DNA of 64,000 nucleotides, taken from the NCBI GenBank assembly GCA_047495785.1, contig JBLDXI010000060.1, positions 248,001-312,000 of the forward strand, in the 5' to 3' direction. Positions within the stretch are counted from its first letter, which is position 1; every line of letters starts with the position of its first letter. Under the pieces are notes generated by a model. That model ran no database searches and was not told the DNA's origin. It worked only from the letters and a program-made list of their open reading frames with translations. Shown one piece after another: positions 44,855-57,684 of the stretch. This DNA comes from Lepidodermella squamata (lineage: Eukaryota; Animalia; Gastrotricha). A program made the position numbers and the translations under genes.

Positions 44855-46359
44855 ATGAGATCCTTGCCCCCTCCGCAATGTAAGGTTTGCAGCTGCCCCG
44901 TTGTGGCACGCCCTTGTTATCAGCCGCGAACTTGTACCGCTTGTCAGAAATTTTTCCGCCGAAACTGTGAGAAATGGCAGCGATTGAAATGCATTCATAA
45001 CTGCGATGATTCGCCCATGTCGAAACCTCGAAATTGGTACAAATTCGGATGTCCGAAATGTCGATTCGAAGCATGCATTCGCGCAGGTCTTAAAAGTAAG
45101 TCTATTCAGTGAAAGACTTCTGGAATTTTTTCTGTAATAATTAGGCAGGTACTATACGTCGCGTGGTTCGCTTGAAACTGAGAACAATTCTTCGGATTCC
45201 GCCTCCAAAGAACGAAGCAACGAGTGTACGCTAATAGAAAACCCGAAGGTTTACAATGGCTTGGACGTTGAGAACATCATACGAGTGGCAATAACGGCAC
45301 AAACTCATCTTCACCAGCTTGAATTCGTAAGTCACCTGATTTTCTTGTTCCTGTGTATCGATGACACTTAAATTTTCAAGCTTCCCTTGAAGAGTAAAAT
45401 CAATATTGAAGATTTGCGCAATCCTCACATTTACTCACGAATCTTGCTACAAAACTTCAGTGAACTATTACGCGTTGGCTTAGAATTCTCAACTTTCTTG
45501 AAGGGTTTGAATTTCCTGAACGTGAAAAAACACGATTAATTGAATTGAACCGCTTATTAGATTCATTTCAGATTCCTGAAAGAGACGTCGCAGCAATGAT
45601 GCGTAGTAGCTGGACGCGAATAACTGTGGTCTACTCAGCTTTGCCGTCAACTACAGGCAGCATATTAATTGGACCAAATAATCTGGCGGGTGTTTTGACC
45701 TTGGATCCTGAAATGCGGGTTCGTTTTAAAGAAAGCATGTTCAGCTCTATTCGAAATATACTTTTTCCAGTGTGTGGTAGAGGCTGAGGAAGAGGTTTCG
45801 TCTGAAATTAGTAAATGGGACCCTACACTGCCGGAAATCGCAGTTTTCAATCTCCGACTGTTCTTGAATAGTAAGTATAAGTATGTTTGTCATAAGCAGC
45901 TTCTCTGCAGGGTGCGAAGTACAGGGGTGCTGGGGGCTTGAGTGTCGCCACACCCCAGCTTCGAGCTATCGACAGGGAGGCCGAAAAAACCACAAGGGGG
46001 CCATTTGGTTTATTCGGCTGGGCTCCAGAAAACACAACAGCTGCAGAAATTTACTACAGAAATGTTGTGGAATAAAATTGGGTTCTCTTAATTATGTTTA
46101 ATATACAGATGAGATGGCATGCAGCTCTCAGTCTCGTCACCTCAAGCAACGAGTTGATACAGCCTTTTCGTTGATTTGTTCGAGGCGATTCAAAGAGAAT
46201 TCTGATCAAGCTGCGGTGCATGTGGAAGCAATCGAGCGACTTCTCGCCACAGAGTCAGAACTATTAGTCCAGAGCGGATCGGCCGTTTCGGAAAAGCGCC
46301 GGTTGGGTAACACTTCTGAACAAGATCGCGCCGTCGTCAAACTTACGTTCAACACTTGA
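44855..46359 (+). CDS. Divergent nuclear hormone receptor 2 (multi-exon)
   Basis: CKVC...CTACQKFFRR...CPKCRFEACIRAGL; spliced GLNFLNIPERDVAAMMRSSW resembles the LBD signature FxxLxxxDQxxLLxxxW. Confidence 0.8.
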
Positions 46360-46957
46360 ATTTTAGCTGATAGCTGAACTGAAAACTGAACGATTTTCGC
46401 TTCGAAATTTAAATAAATGTCAGTAGGTATTTTTAATAAAACACATGTTGCCTGTTGAATATGGCCTGATTTCGGCAGGCCATGAAAGGAAGTATGAGTT
46501 AACAGACGTAAATGGCAAGTGGGCTCTGCATGAAGTGGGCTCTGCATGAAGCCCGACACCAATCAGCGATAACCGAAAGATTATCCAAATTACATTGCTA
46601 TAATGAATAGAATGAAAAGCCGTCTTATTCTATAGTATATACATGCGATTAGAGACTACGAATTTAGAATTTCTTATTAAAGCAGTCTGTGGTCTGCCCT
46701 TGACGATGGCTGATGTAAGTTGAGTTCCGATGGAAGCCATAGGCAACCAGAAGGCGCGAAGTAACCAGCACCATCATAGGCTCTTTAGGAAACTGCTCGA
46801 AATGCTGCGCTATGTGCACCGATGCGCTGGGTGCGAAAGAGTCAATAGATAGCTTTGAATGGTTCTCCATTGACCGTGGGGGCTCTTTTATAAAGCACAG
46901 CCATATGTCACTTCATTTCTTTGTATGCCATTTTCCCGGACTTTTCTGCAATGAAAC

Positions 46958-47269
46958 ATGGCAACGTGGTCTCCTGAATATGAAAGTTGGCGGAATTTTA
47001 GAAACGCTTTTTCAAATTTCAACGATTACATCGCCTGGTTCAACTATACCGTCGGAGCTGGGCCGCATCCAAACATAACGCCGTATCACCAGCTTGTCTA
47101 CGAATACTACCATCAGTATTACCAGTATTACACGACTCATTATCCGCGTTTTGGCTATTACGGATATCCGAACTATTTCTTCCCGTGGCATAACGGCACG
47201 ATGGATTTTCACGGCGAGTTCGCTAGGTTCAATGCATGGCGGAATAAACAGTCTGACGATGGCAATTAG
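46958..47269 (+). CDS. Orphan Tyr/Phe/Trp/His-rich 103-aa protein
   Basis: ATG ORF with biased codon use, TATAAA at ~46889, AATAAA at ~47308; no recognisable family. Confidence 0.55.
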   Translation: MATWSPEYESWRNFRNAFSNFNDYIAWFNYTVGAGPHPNITPYHQLVYEYYHQYYQYYTTHYPRFGYYGYPNYFFPWHNGTMDFHGEFARFNAWRNKQSDDGN

Positions 47270-47455
47270 GTGTGTAATATATAGGCAAATAAGACAACCT
47301 TGACTAAATAAACATCGCTTTGTTTGATGAGCTGCCTAATTTTTGCAATGGTTTCTAGCGATCGACTAGGGTCGGAAGTTTACACAAGTAGTTTTTCCTC
47401 AGCTTTTCGAAAAAATAGCTCTCATTTATAAAATTTCATTTTGGAAATCAAAAAT

Positions 47456-48448
47456 ATGATTAGGTTAATCTCTGCAGCCTGTGTGATTTCTGCAGCCATT
47501 GGTGAGGAGAAACTTTCAAACTGAGAATATTTTCCAAATTCATTTTTTATAGCTGCTACTTCATCACCTCAAGCATGTGATGGTGTTGAATGCGCTGGTA
47601 AGCGGAATAAATACGATCACACATACTGCGTCATTCGCATGTTTGACCCGACCGATACGAAAAAGCTGCACTACCTTGTCCAGCAGGACATTGACACAAA
47701 ATTGCCTGAGTGGTCGATGTATTTCCAGAAGAAATCAAGTGCACCGAAAAACAGCACGAGGAGCCGTGACTTCCGTGAACATGAATGTAAGACGAGCTTG
47801 AAAGGCTTCCAAAAGGGCACGTCTTACTATGACAACGTGCCTCGTCACCCGATTGAGACAGGAAAATACGGACCTCTGGCTGCTTTCCACAAGGGCCATC
47901 TCACCCCGGCTGATGCTTTCAGCGAGAATCAAGCTCTCATGGACAACACTTTCTACTACATCAACGCCGCCCCGCAAATCGCCGATATGAACCGAGCCTG
48001 GTTCAATGTTGAAGATAAGGCCAAAGATTTCATCAATGAAAGGTCTACTAGCACGGGCGGTTTCATCATCACCGGTGTTTATCACTCGGATAGCGATTAC
48101 GTCCCAGATTATTTCTGGAAAATTGTCTGCACCAAGATTGACAGCGGTGTCGCTGCTGGTTTCTTCTACCATAGCAATGTTATTCCTGATGGAGGTAAAG
48201 ACGATTATTGCCCTGCCATCAATCGCTACATCGACGACATGGTTATTCCACGTGACATGGACAAATTCACTAAAATGTTTCCTCTGGCGAGTCTGGACGA
48301 GATCTGGGATAAGTGGAGCATGTATGGTGCCAGTTATTACCCGGGCGCCGACCACCAAGCTTTGATTCAGTCATGCAGGGCCGCGAAAAAGCTCCCTACT
48401 GCCTCTAAAGATTTCCCAGCTCCAACAAAGAAGCTCTGCAGTAATTAA
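47456..48448 (+). CDS. Secreted DNA/RNA non-specific (His-Me finger) endonuclease
   Basis: Signal-peptide exon plus phase-1 intron; FHKGHLTPADAF...TFYYINAAPQ...MNRAWFNVE; VPDYFWKIVC. Confidence 0.88.
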
Positions 48449-48751
48449 AACTACGAATTTCAGGCAAACCTGGGTAACGGCAAATCATTTCTTCTCTTAT
48501 GCTTGGGGATTCTTCAATAAATCTATGGGGCAATGTCACAGTACTTTTATGTGTATTATCGATCTTTCTAATACTAACGCATGCGTATTTCTGCGACAGT
48601 GAAAAAACACATTGTACCGAGCATGCTTTACTACGTGCCGGCTTATACAAACACGCTTGTAGTATCAAGTATACAGGTGAGTTTTTTACGCATACTGAAT
48701 AGGCGCATTCAGGCGTGGGTACTCACATTTCTGTTTTGTCGGCCACAAAGG

Positions 48752-49928
48752 ATGCTTGAATTTGTGGCCCTAATATTGGTTGCCAGCTCTTTTTCGCCAA
48801 TATATTGCGCCAATCTTAGCCAATGGATGTCACAGCTGCCTCAAAAAATGCGAGATTTACCAATAACCCAGTTAGCCATTCCAGGTGCGAGAAATTGTCA
48901 TGAGACTACTTATTCTTGACTTGCTTCTTTCAGGATCTCATGACACCTTCGCGTACAACATGTCTCTGGAGTTGGATCTTGCTCCAGATGTTGATGATGA
49001 CGAGAAAAACCTTGAGTTCTTGTTGAACATCACCCATCAGACATTTCTTGAGCGAATCAGAGCCTGGTCTACATGCCAAGAAATTTCTTTCGAGGAACAG
49101 CTGAATCTAGGGGTGAGGTATTTCGACTTACGAGTCGCTAAATTGGATGCCAATTCGTTTCGATTCGTCCACGATCTCTTTGGGCCTGAGGTTTTCGGTC
49201 AATTCAAAGTGCTAAACTCCTTTCTCAATAAATACCCCGGTGAAGCGGTGCTGTTGGACTTCCAACACTTTTATGCAATGTCGAGTCGAGATCATGAAAG
49301 TCTTGTCAATCAAACAATTGATATATTCGGTGACAAACTGGTGTCTGCAAGTCAATGGCAATATAACACGAGCTTATTGAGCTTATCGTCACTCAATAAC
49401 ACAAAACAGCGAGTTGTTGTGGTTTACGCTGATGAAACCGGTGTTAAATATTCGCAAAATGTGTTCTGGTCCCGCTGGAGATTTCTTCAGAGCCCTTGGC
49501 CCAATACGCGAAATGTGACTTACATGGTCGACTATCTGCAGAAGGGCATGATGTCGCGATCAGCCGCGAACGGCTTTTTCGTCTTCCAGGGCGTCCTGAC
49601 CCCGTCAGCCGACGATTTTGATCCGGCTGCGTTCATGAGCAGCAGTCTCAAAGACAGCCTTGCATTGAAAGCCACTCGTGCGATGATAGATTGGGCAAAG
49701 TCGCAAAAACTTCGCGCAACCGGTGGAAAAATCAACGTCTTCATGGCAGATTTCGTCAATTATTACAACTTCACTAGTGAAATTGTAGCCTTGAATTATG
49801 ACGGTGTAATCCCTACCTCTCCGAATTCGGACCGAGTGGTCAAATCGGGAGCGCTTACATTCCAGCAAAATTCGAGTCTTATTCTGAGCTTTAGCTTAAT
49901 TTTGTCGCTATTCTCATTGATCGTGTAG
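48752..49928 (+). CDS. PI-PLC X-domain protein (PLCXD-like) with signal peptide and hydrophobic C-terminus
   Basis: WMSQLP...LAIPG|SHD, EQLNLGVRYFDLRV, FVHDLFG, EAVLLDFQH, NVFMADFV; one short intron. Confidence 0.9.
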
Positions 49929-49981
49929 CGCAAGCTTTAAAAAATTCTAATAATAATCTAATGGTTTTTAATGAAGTTCAT

Positions 49982-51278
49982 TCAAGCCATCATTCTGTCC
50001 ATGTAAAAAATAATTACTACGATACCAGAGAAGAACGCTACAAAACCAGCACAAATGTCGACGTAACGAATGATCCTAAGCCTGAACATGCCAACTTCAA
50101 AGACGCGCTTCATCGTTTTCGATCGAGCCGCTGAGCAAGCGGCCAAAGTGTATACAGTTATCAATACACATATTATCATCAAATACACGACAATGTTAAT
50201 GAGGTAAACTTCCTCAGCCGTTCGTGGAATAAGCGAAAAGACCAGAGTGAGCGTTACAGCCATAGCAAGATTGACGGTGACGCAAAACGAGGGCCTATCA
50301 GGGTGACGAGGGTCCATCAGTAGACCTGAGACTTGAAGCAGGAAAAGCGCTATTGTTGGTAGAAAAACATTGCCAATGTAGTATTCATATTTTCGTTTTA
50401 GGGTCAGCGTTAGAGAAACGTGGTCTGATCCACCTGCGTTGAAAACAGTCCCATTGTAAATCGGCTGTTCCCAAATGTCATCGGCGCGTAGGGTAGGATA
50501 CGCTGTCACAATTGTGACCTGATCGAGGTTGATAGCAACTTCATTATTGGTATTCTCGTTTTCAAACTCAAAATTGCACCACGCCGTGTCGAATGGGAAT
50601 TTCGTGTATTTGAAGCCGAAGCACATTGACGTGAAGGGTCGGACGCAGTATATAAGAAATTTAGGTCCGGGAACGCGAAAAGGGCGAATTTTTATCAGAA
50701 TCTCCCTGGGAAAATACGTTTTTTCACAAAGATTATCAATAGCACGATGATAAAAATTACTCTCGAAGCGGCCTTGATTCTCCGATGGCATTGATATGTT
50801 GCATATCCGGCCACCAAACCCCCTCTTTCGGAATTTCGAATTGAACGCGGTCAAGCAGGGCTTGGGAGTAGTTGCTGTAGCCAGGAAACAACTCTGACCT
50901 TATATCTCGGCCACATGGAATGTCCCAGAAGACTCTCAAAGTCATTGTTACAGTCATGCTGCAATGAACGTCATGATAATGCTTGAGTTTATGTAATACG
51001 CGGGTAACATGCCTCATTGAAGAATCACTGACGTCCGTTATTTGAAGGATCCTCGATACCAAATAGCTCTGTATGGGTATTGAAAAGTTTTTGTATTGCA
51101 AGTGATTCGCTGCAGGCAAGTTGCTGGACTTGGCTATGGGACACAGCTCGAAGAATCGATCGCGCATCGCGTTGAGTTTTATCGGATCTGAAAGCAGCGC
51201 CTCGAGATCGCCATCTTTGCTAGCAAGGCTTTTTCCTTTGATTAGAGCCAATAGAATCAGAAGGCTTGAGAGTCTCAT
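49982..51278 (-). CDS. Divergent Cys-loop LGIC subunit (LGIC5), 3 exons, GC-AG first intron
   Basis: WDIPC, WWPDMQHIN, CFGFKYTKFPFDTAWC, LKRK, M2 PDRPSFCVTVNL. Confidence 0.88.
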
Positions 51279-51843
51279 GCCGAAGATGACTGAATCGCTG
51301 CCTTACTTAGATTCGAGTGTTCCATCGGCAAATCCATCTCGCAGTAATTTCTACGGATGTACAAAAGTATTGAAGTGTGATAGCATGCAAATTTATTGAT
51401 TACAGCGCAAGAAATCATACCCCGTGGACCCAGACCTCATAAATTATTAACATTTGTCACTGGCAAATCAAGCGTTCCAGGCTCGATAGGAATGCCCAGA
51501 AGGCTCTGCAAGCTGAGTCACAAAGCTATGTTAACCTAATTATGTTATTATATTAATAATTAAGACCTACAGGCTCCATGCGAAAAGCTGTGTTTGAATC
51601 GTTAAGGTCTCTTCGAATGACGAGATTCTTCCCGCTAATGAATGCCGTCAGATAAATATAATAGTTATAGGAGCTATAGAAATTAAATACCCGGCACGCA
51701 TTGATTATTTTGGAAAACTAAGAAGGTGCATCCATTTGAGTGTGTTTTATTATTCATTAAACTATTCAAATGGGCTTATTATTTTTTAACAACAACAACA
51801 CCAAAGTGATTGCAGGTTAGTGCAAGTTTGAAACAAAAACCTT

Positions 51844-53147
51844 TCATGATGACGTCATTTTGCTGAGATATACTATAATGATGATTGCGCCGAACATAAA
51901 TGCGAATATCGCAGCACCCAAATCAATTATTCTGATAACTCTCACACCAGACTTGATCAACTTTACGAGGACCAAGCGCTTCATAGGTTCCATTTTAGCA
52001 ACGAAGCCAGATGCAAGCGTGTAAATCGTGATTACAACACAAATGACCATCAGATAGATAATGATACTAATTAGATAAACTTCCTCAGCTGTGCGAGGAA
52101 TCAGTGTGAATACTAAAGTCAGCACAACGGCCATGGCGAGATTAACAGTTACACAAAAAGTAGGCCGATCAGGATGTTTCGGATCCATCACCAAACCAGC
52201 GACTTGAAGTAAGAACAAAGTCAAAGTGGGTAAGAAGACGTTGCCGACGTAATATTGATACTTTCTCATCAGCGTGAGCTTCAAAGTTGCATGATCCGAG
52301 CCACCTGCATCGAAAACGGAGCCGTTGTAGCTAACAAAACTCCATATGTCATCGGCCCGAAGTGGAGGGTAGGCGGTTATAACAGTTAGTTCGCCAATGT
52401 TGATCACAACTTCATTATTCGTGTTCTCATTTTCAAACTCGTAATTACACCAAGCTGAATCGAATGGGAATTTCGTGAATTTGAAGCCGAAACACATTGA
52501 GGTGAAGGGTCGGACACAATAGATTAGGAATTTCGGCTTAGGGCCACGAAAAGGCCTGATTTTCACTAGAATCTCTCTGCAATAGAGCATGTTTGACGTA
52601 TGCTAACTGAAATCTAACGTTGGCTTACTCTCTAAGTGGCCTCGAGTCCCCAATGGCATTTATGTGCTGCATATCTGGCCACCATACTTCCTCTTTGGGT
52701 ACCTCGAATTGAATGCGGTCCAGCAGCGACTGCGACAAATTTGTGTAGCCTGGAAGCAGATCAGATCGAATGTCGCGGCCACATGGAACGTCCCAAAACA
52801 TTCTGAATGTCATGGCTACTGTCATACTGAAATTGAAGGTCATTAAGTCTGTATCGAGGTAAAACAATCAGTACAAACCTCATAGTTGAGTCGCTGACAT
52901 CAGTTATTTGGAGGATTCTCGAGATGAGATAGCTTTGAATCGGATTGGAGTAGTTATTAGTCTGCAAATGGTTAGCGGCTGGTAAATTGCTGGCCTTGGC
53001 TATTGGGCAAAGCTCGAAAAACCGATCTCGCATCTGGTTCAATTTGATTGGGTCACTCAGCAGTTTTTCCACGTCGCTGTCATTCTGCGCAAGAGTCGAA
53101 GCCAACATCAGAGCAAATTCAACTAATATTGCGATTGTATGCCCCAT
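51844..53147 (-). CDS. Divergent Cys-loop LGIC subunit (LGIC6), 3 exons
   Basis: Tandem paralog of LGIC5 with the same intron positions. Confidence 0.9.
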
Positions 53148-54290
53148 TTTTGTTAGAGCAAATTTGTAAGAAATGTTTTTCTTTACAATGGCTTATTATC
53201 CGCGATAGATACTGCTAGGCGTGACGGTAATAATATCAATTGACGATGTGTTAAACATTTAGATGTGCTTGATTTGTTAAGTACCATTGCAGCCTTTCAT
53301 CGTTTATTTGGCTCATCAATTTTTAATGTAATCGATGTGATATCTTGCGGCGTAGCGCTTCGATTGCCTATGTGAGTCAACAAATTTAACATAGAAGCTG
53401 GCATTGAAGCATCAGGAAGCCCTGATGCGCAAAATCATAAGAAATTGTTTGACCCTTTTTGATAAGGTCGCTTGAGCGGATTGCGACTTTATAGTCGGGG
53501 AGAGCTATATTCGGAAAAAGTGACTTGATCCTACAACGTCCAAGCAGGGTGATCCAACAATGAATGGTAGCGACCTGTATTTCGAAAAGTGCGTGATCTG
53601 GGAATTTTAGCTCGGGCTACTTCAAGAAAATAAAAAAGTGCGTTTTGAATTCAAAGGTGCAACGAAGCCACCCTGTAGCATGTAGCCCGCAATATTTTTA
53701 CAAAATAACACATGCGGGTCTTCCGATAGAATAAAATACACTGATTGCTGATTACTTAAGTTAACTACTCCACTTATCTATCACTGTAGAATGAAAGGGC
53801 TCAAGCTACTAGCAAACTATGAATTACCTTGAAGCACAGTTCACATCAGGTATAATTGTTTCTGAGTGGGCTTAATTTTATGTGCGGTGAATTATGAAAT
53901 GAAGGCAATTGCATGCTCCATGCTCCATTAGAAGTATCCTTGTTAGAAAACCAAAATAAATTAACATTGAATAATGACAGAATATTTTATAGCATGATTG
54001 CAAAGAATTTTTCAATCAGGATATAGTTACTGCACTTGTTCTGCCATATTAATCGTAGAACTGCCATTCAAACGTATCGGATCCCCAGGGGAACTGGAAG
54101 TGCGTCGTATATAGGATATTGAGATTGCAGATAACGCACAGGATTTGATCCAAAAATAACTTCACCTTCAGACTTCAGATGGCTGCAGGGCTGAGCTCGA
54201 AATCGGCAGGAGCATCGTTAAACTTATAATCTCTGGTTGAACTCAAAAGTAAAAGGAAATATTTTTAGCTGTTTTGAGTGTTATTTTTGT

Positions 54291-55595
54291 TTAATTCTCT
54301 TCAATCATTTTAAGCCCGTAGTAAATTACAACTGCGATACCAATTACAAGTGAAATAAAGCCTGCACAAAAATCGGCAAGTCGAATGCATTCTAAGCCGC
54401 CCGTCACTTTTTCACACAGCAATCGTTTACCCGCCGAACTTTTGCTAAGTGAACAGCTGATCAGCGTGTAAATAGTGATTAGGACACAAATCACCATGAA
54501 ACTGATGACAATGTTGATTAGGTATACTTCCTCCGAAGTTCTAGGAATCAGCGAGAAAATGAGACTCAGTAATACAGCAATAGCCAAATTCACAGTGACG
54601 CAGAATGCTGGCCTGTCCGGATGGCGAGGTTCCATGAACAAGCCAGATATTTGGAGAAGGTATAAAGTTATCGTTGGCACAAATACATTACCCACATAGT
54701 AATGATACTTTCGCTTCAGTTTTAGTGTAAGAGTGACATGAGGCGCTCCACTGGCTAAGACAATTGTTCCATTGTAGCTCACAAATGCCCATATATCGTC
54801 GTTGCGCAGCGGTGTGTAACTGCCTGCAATGTCAACGGTATCGATGGCTATTGAGATTTCATTCGCGACGTTCTCATTTTCGAACTCGAAGTTACACGAG
54901 ACAGTGTCGAAGGGAAATTTCGTATATTTAAAGCCGAAGCACATGGAAGTGAATGATCGCACGCTGTAGATCAAGAACTTTGGCCCCGGGTATCGAAAAG
55001 GCCGCACTTTGATCAACGGCTCGCTGCTAACGGTAAGAGAAATGAAAGTTGCAATTAATTGAATTCAGATACCCCCTTAACGGTCTCGATTCCCCAATTG
55101 CATTGATGTGCTGCATATCGGGCCACCAAACTGTGTTGGCTGGTATTTCGAACTGAAAACGGTCCAGTTGCTTGGTCGGATATTCGGTGAAATCAGGCAA
55201 CAGATTTGGCCTGATATCGCGACCACAAGGAATGTCCCACAGCATTCGAAATGTCATCGTAACAGTGATACTTCTCAGAAGAAATGGTGAGAGATGCCGA
55301 ATTGATACAAAAGTTACCTCATAGACAAATCACTGACTTCGATGATCTGCAATATTTTGGATATCAGATAGCTTTGGATAGGCGATGAAAAGTTCTTGGT
55401 TTGAAGGTGATTAGCTGCAGGAAGGTTGTTTGCCCTCGCGATAGGGCATAACACAAAAAACTTGGTTTGTAACTCTTCGAGCTCAAATGAAGCATTATGT
55501 GCATTCGATTCAGCTAAGCTCTCGATGATGTAGATGGATGTTAACAAAGCTGATTTGACTGCGAAAGAAATGATGAGCATTGAGAAATAGGGCAT
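54291..55595 (-). CDS. Divergent Cys-loop LGIC subunit (LGIC7), 3 exons
   Basis: Tandem paralog of LGIC5 and LGIC6. Confidence 0.9.
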
Positions 55596-55965
55596 GCATT
55601 TGCCGCAAGAAATTGTCGCTATTTAAAAGCCGGGGAAAATTATTGCCCCGGACAAACTTAATATTTGTCTATGACAATAGCAAAGATTCTTTTCCGTTTG
55701 CTCAGTTTGCTAAATCTGGATTTTCATCAATCATTTGTTTATTCAGCGAACCCACGATATTCTATGATAGCAAATAATAAACCCGATTCTAATCAGTTTA
55801 AAAGTTCAATTAGTAATAAAGATAAACCAAACAGCGTATCAAGAATCAGGATTAATTTAATTGGCAACTCATAATAGAATAAGGCTCTATTGACAAAATT
55901 AAGAACGGTGATTTTTCAAAATTTAGTCAGAGTTCCATCTTAGATGGGTGTGACTTTGCTTCAGA

Positions 55966-57396
55966 TCAAGCGGCTGAAGAATTCGTAATGTTGTCAATGA
56001 GATCGTAACTCGCCATGTTTTGACGCCCTTTTTCAGCCGATGTGTAATCTATCATTATGAGGAAGTACGTCAATAGACCGGCAAATAACTGCAATCACAT
56101 TTGTAGAGAAAACTCTAAAGAAAATTCAATATAAAAACTTACAGCTGCAAAAACCTCTTTCTTCAACGCCATCATGCCCAAATACGTGTAGCACGCCGGT
56201 TCGGTCGTCACTTGGCTCATAAGCATTGTAAGCTAGCATTTCGGAGGTAGAAATTTCAAACGACAAGTAGGCCGGAAAAACTGACTAACCTGAATTTGCA
56301 TGGCCGTTTCTGCAGACTTGAATCGCAGATTGTACAATTTCTCGCGTACTCGATCGGCGTGTTGACTGATGTACGCCGATGGGACGATAAAAATAACGAG
56401 GAAAACGACAGAAAATATCAGCCAAGCGCTTTCTAGAACCTTCAAAAAGCTGTCGCCGAGTCCACTCCAAGCTGTCTGGTAGAAATTCACCAGTGTTCCA
56501 ACGAAACTATAGCTTAAGGTGGCGAAAATGGCCAATCGCATGTCGTTATCTAACCGCCGGATGGATTTAATAAGAATCAAGTGCCTGTCTCGAACTAATT
56601 CGACAAATTTGATCTCAGAATGAAGGACTGGTTCGTCGGTGTTTGATGAGCATGATGAAGATGGGCGAATCTTATTTTGCGAATCTTTCGCATATTTCGA
56701 TATTTCATCCGCTAGATGGTGCAGTTTTCTAGCAACATTCAGTGATGCCATGATGAAAAACGCCAACGAGAACAAAAAACCTCCGTCGCTAACGATGCTT
56801 AATGGTAGGAATACCGCTATGGAGACGTAGCTCCAGACGCATTCATCTGAAACCAAATAGTTCATCGGGGCAACCATTAGGCCGTAGCTGGCTTTATTGT
56901 TCACGAGGAGAATGCAGACGAGCAGAGCGTTACAGATCCATGAGAAAGTGCATATGAGTGTTAGAACGAGAAACATCTTCTTACGATTCGGCCAAATTTC
57001 CATCGAGGTGTGACTCATATCTCGGTAAGCCAGTGATCGATGGACGCCTTTGAACGTGAAAGCGTGGAGGAATTTGCGCCGCCAACTCCCAATGAACAGC
57101 GTCCATCTTGCCATAGCATTGCAGAATTGGTAAAAAGCAACGGTTATGCAGAATATCAGCCGCAACATAGAGCTGTTTGATGCATTTTCCCAGTAGAATA
57201 CGCATAGGGTTTTCAGGCAGTTTAACCATGAAATAACTAGAAGAGCGATGCAATAAGCTTTGTAACCCCCCGAGCTACGTCCATCGCTCTCGTTGATTGG
57301 CCAGTTTGGCAGCAGGCCGAGGATCTTCAGGGCAATATAAAGGGGCAAAAATGCTTCGTAGTCCTCATCGCCGCGTTTTGACATAAACTTGGGCAT
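55966..57396 (-). CDS. Gustatory receptor-like 2
   Basis: Paralog of GRL1; last exon LFAGLLTYFLIMIDYTSAEK. Confidence 0.85.
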
Positions 57397-57684
57397 GGTT
57401 TAGTCATTCACCTGCAGTTTGGTTTTGATCACTATATATATTGTAGTCGGCCGCCCGTATTCCGAGGATGAATCAGCAATCCCCATCTGCCATGTTAATT
57501 TTAAATACCTCTCCTATCAACAGAGGTGGTTTATAGCTAAAAATCAATCGTTTTATTGGTATTGCAGTCCGTGATACATTTGAAAAATTGACGAATCCAC
57601 GAAGCATGTGCTATTGATCCATATTTACCGGGCTGAACGAATGGCTGATTTTGAGTTACTTTACTTTACGTTTCGATTTTAAAT

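Noticed and set aside
46518-46552. 16-bp tandem duplication AAGTGGGCTCTGCATG x2, and similar short tandem repeats at ~4317 and ~39002
   Set aside because: Ordinary slippage duplications; not CRISPR-like (no spacers, eukaryotic context).
47735-48358. 207-aa minus-strand ORF
   Set aside because: Antisense shadow of the nuclease gene.
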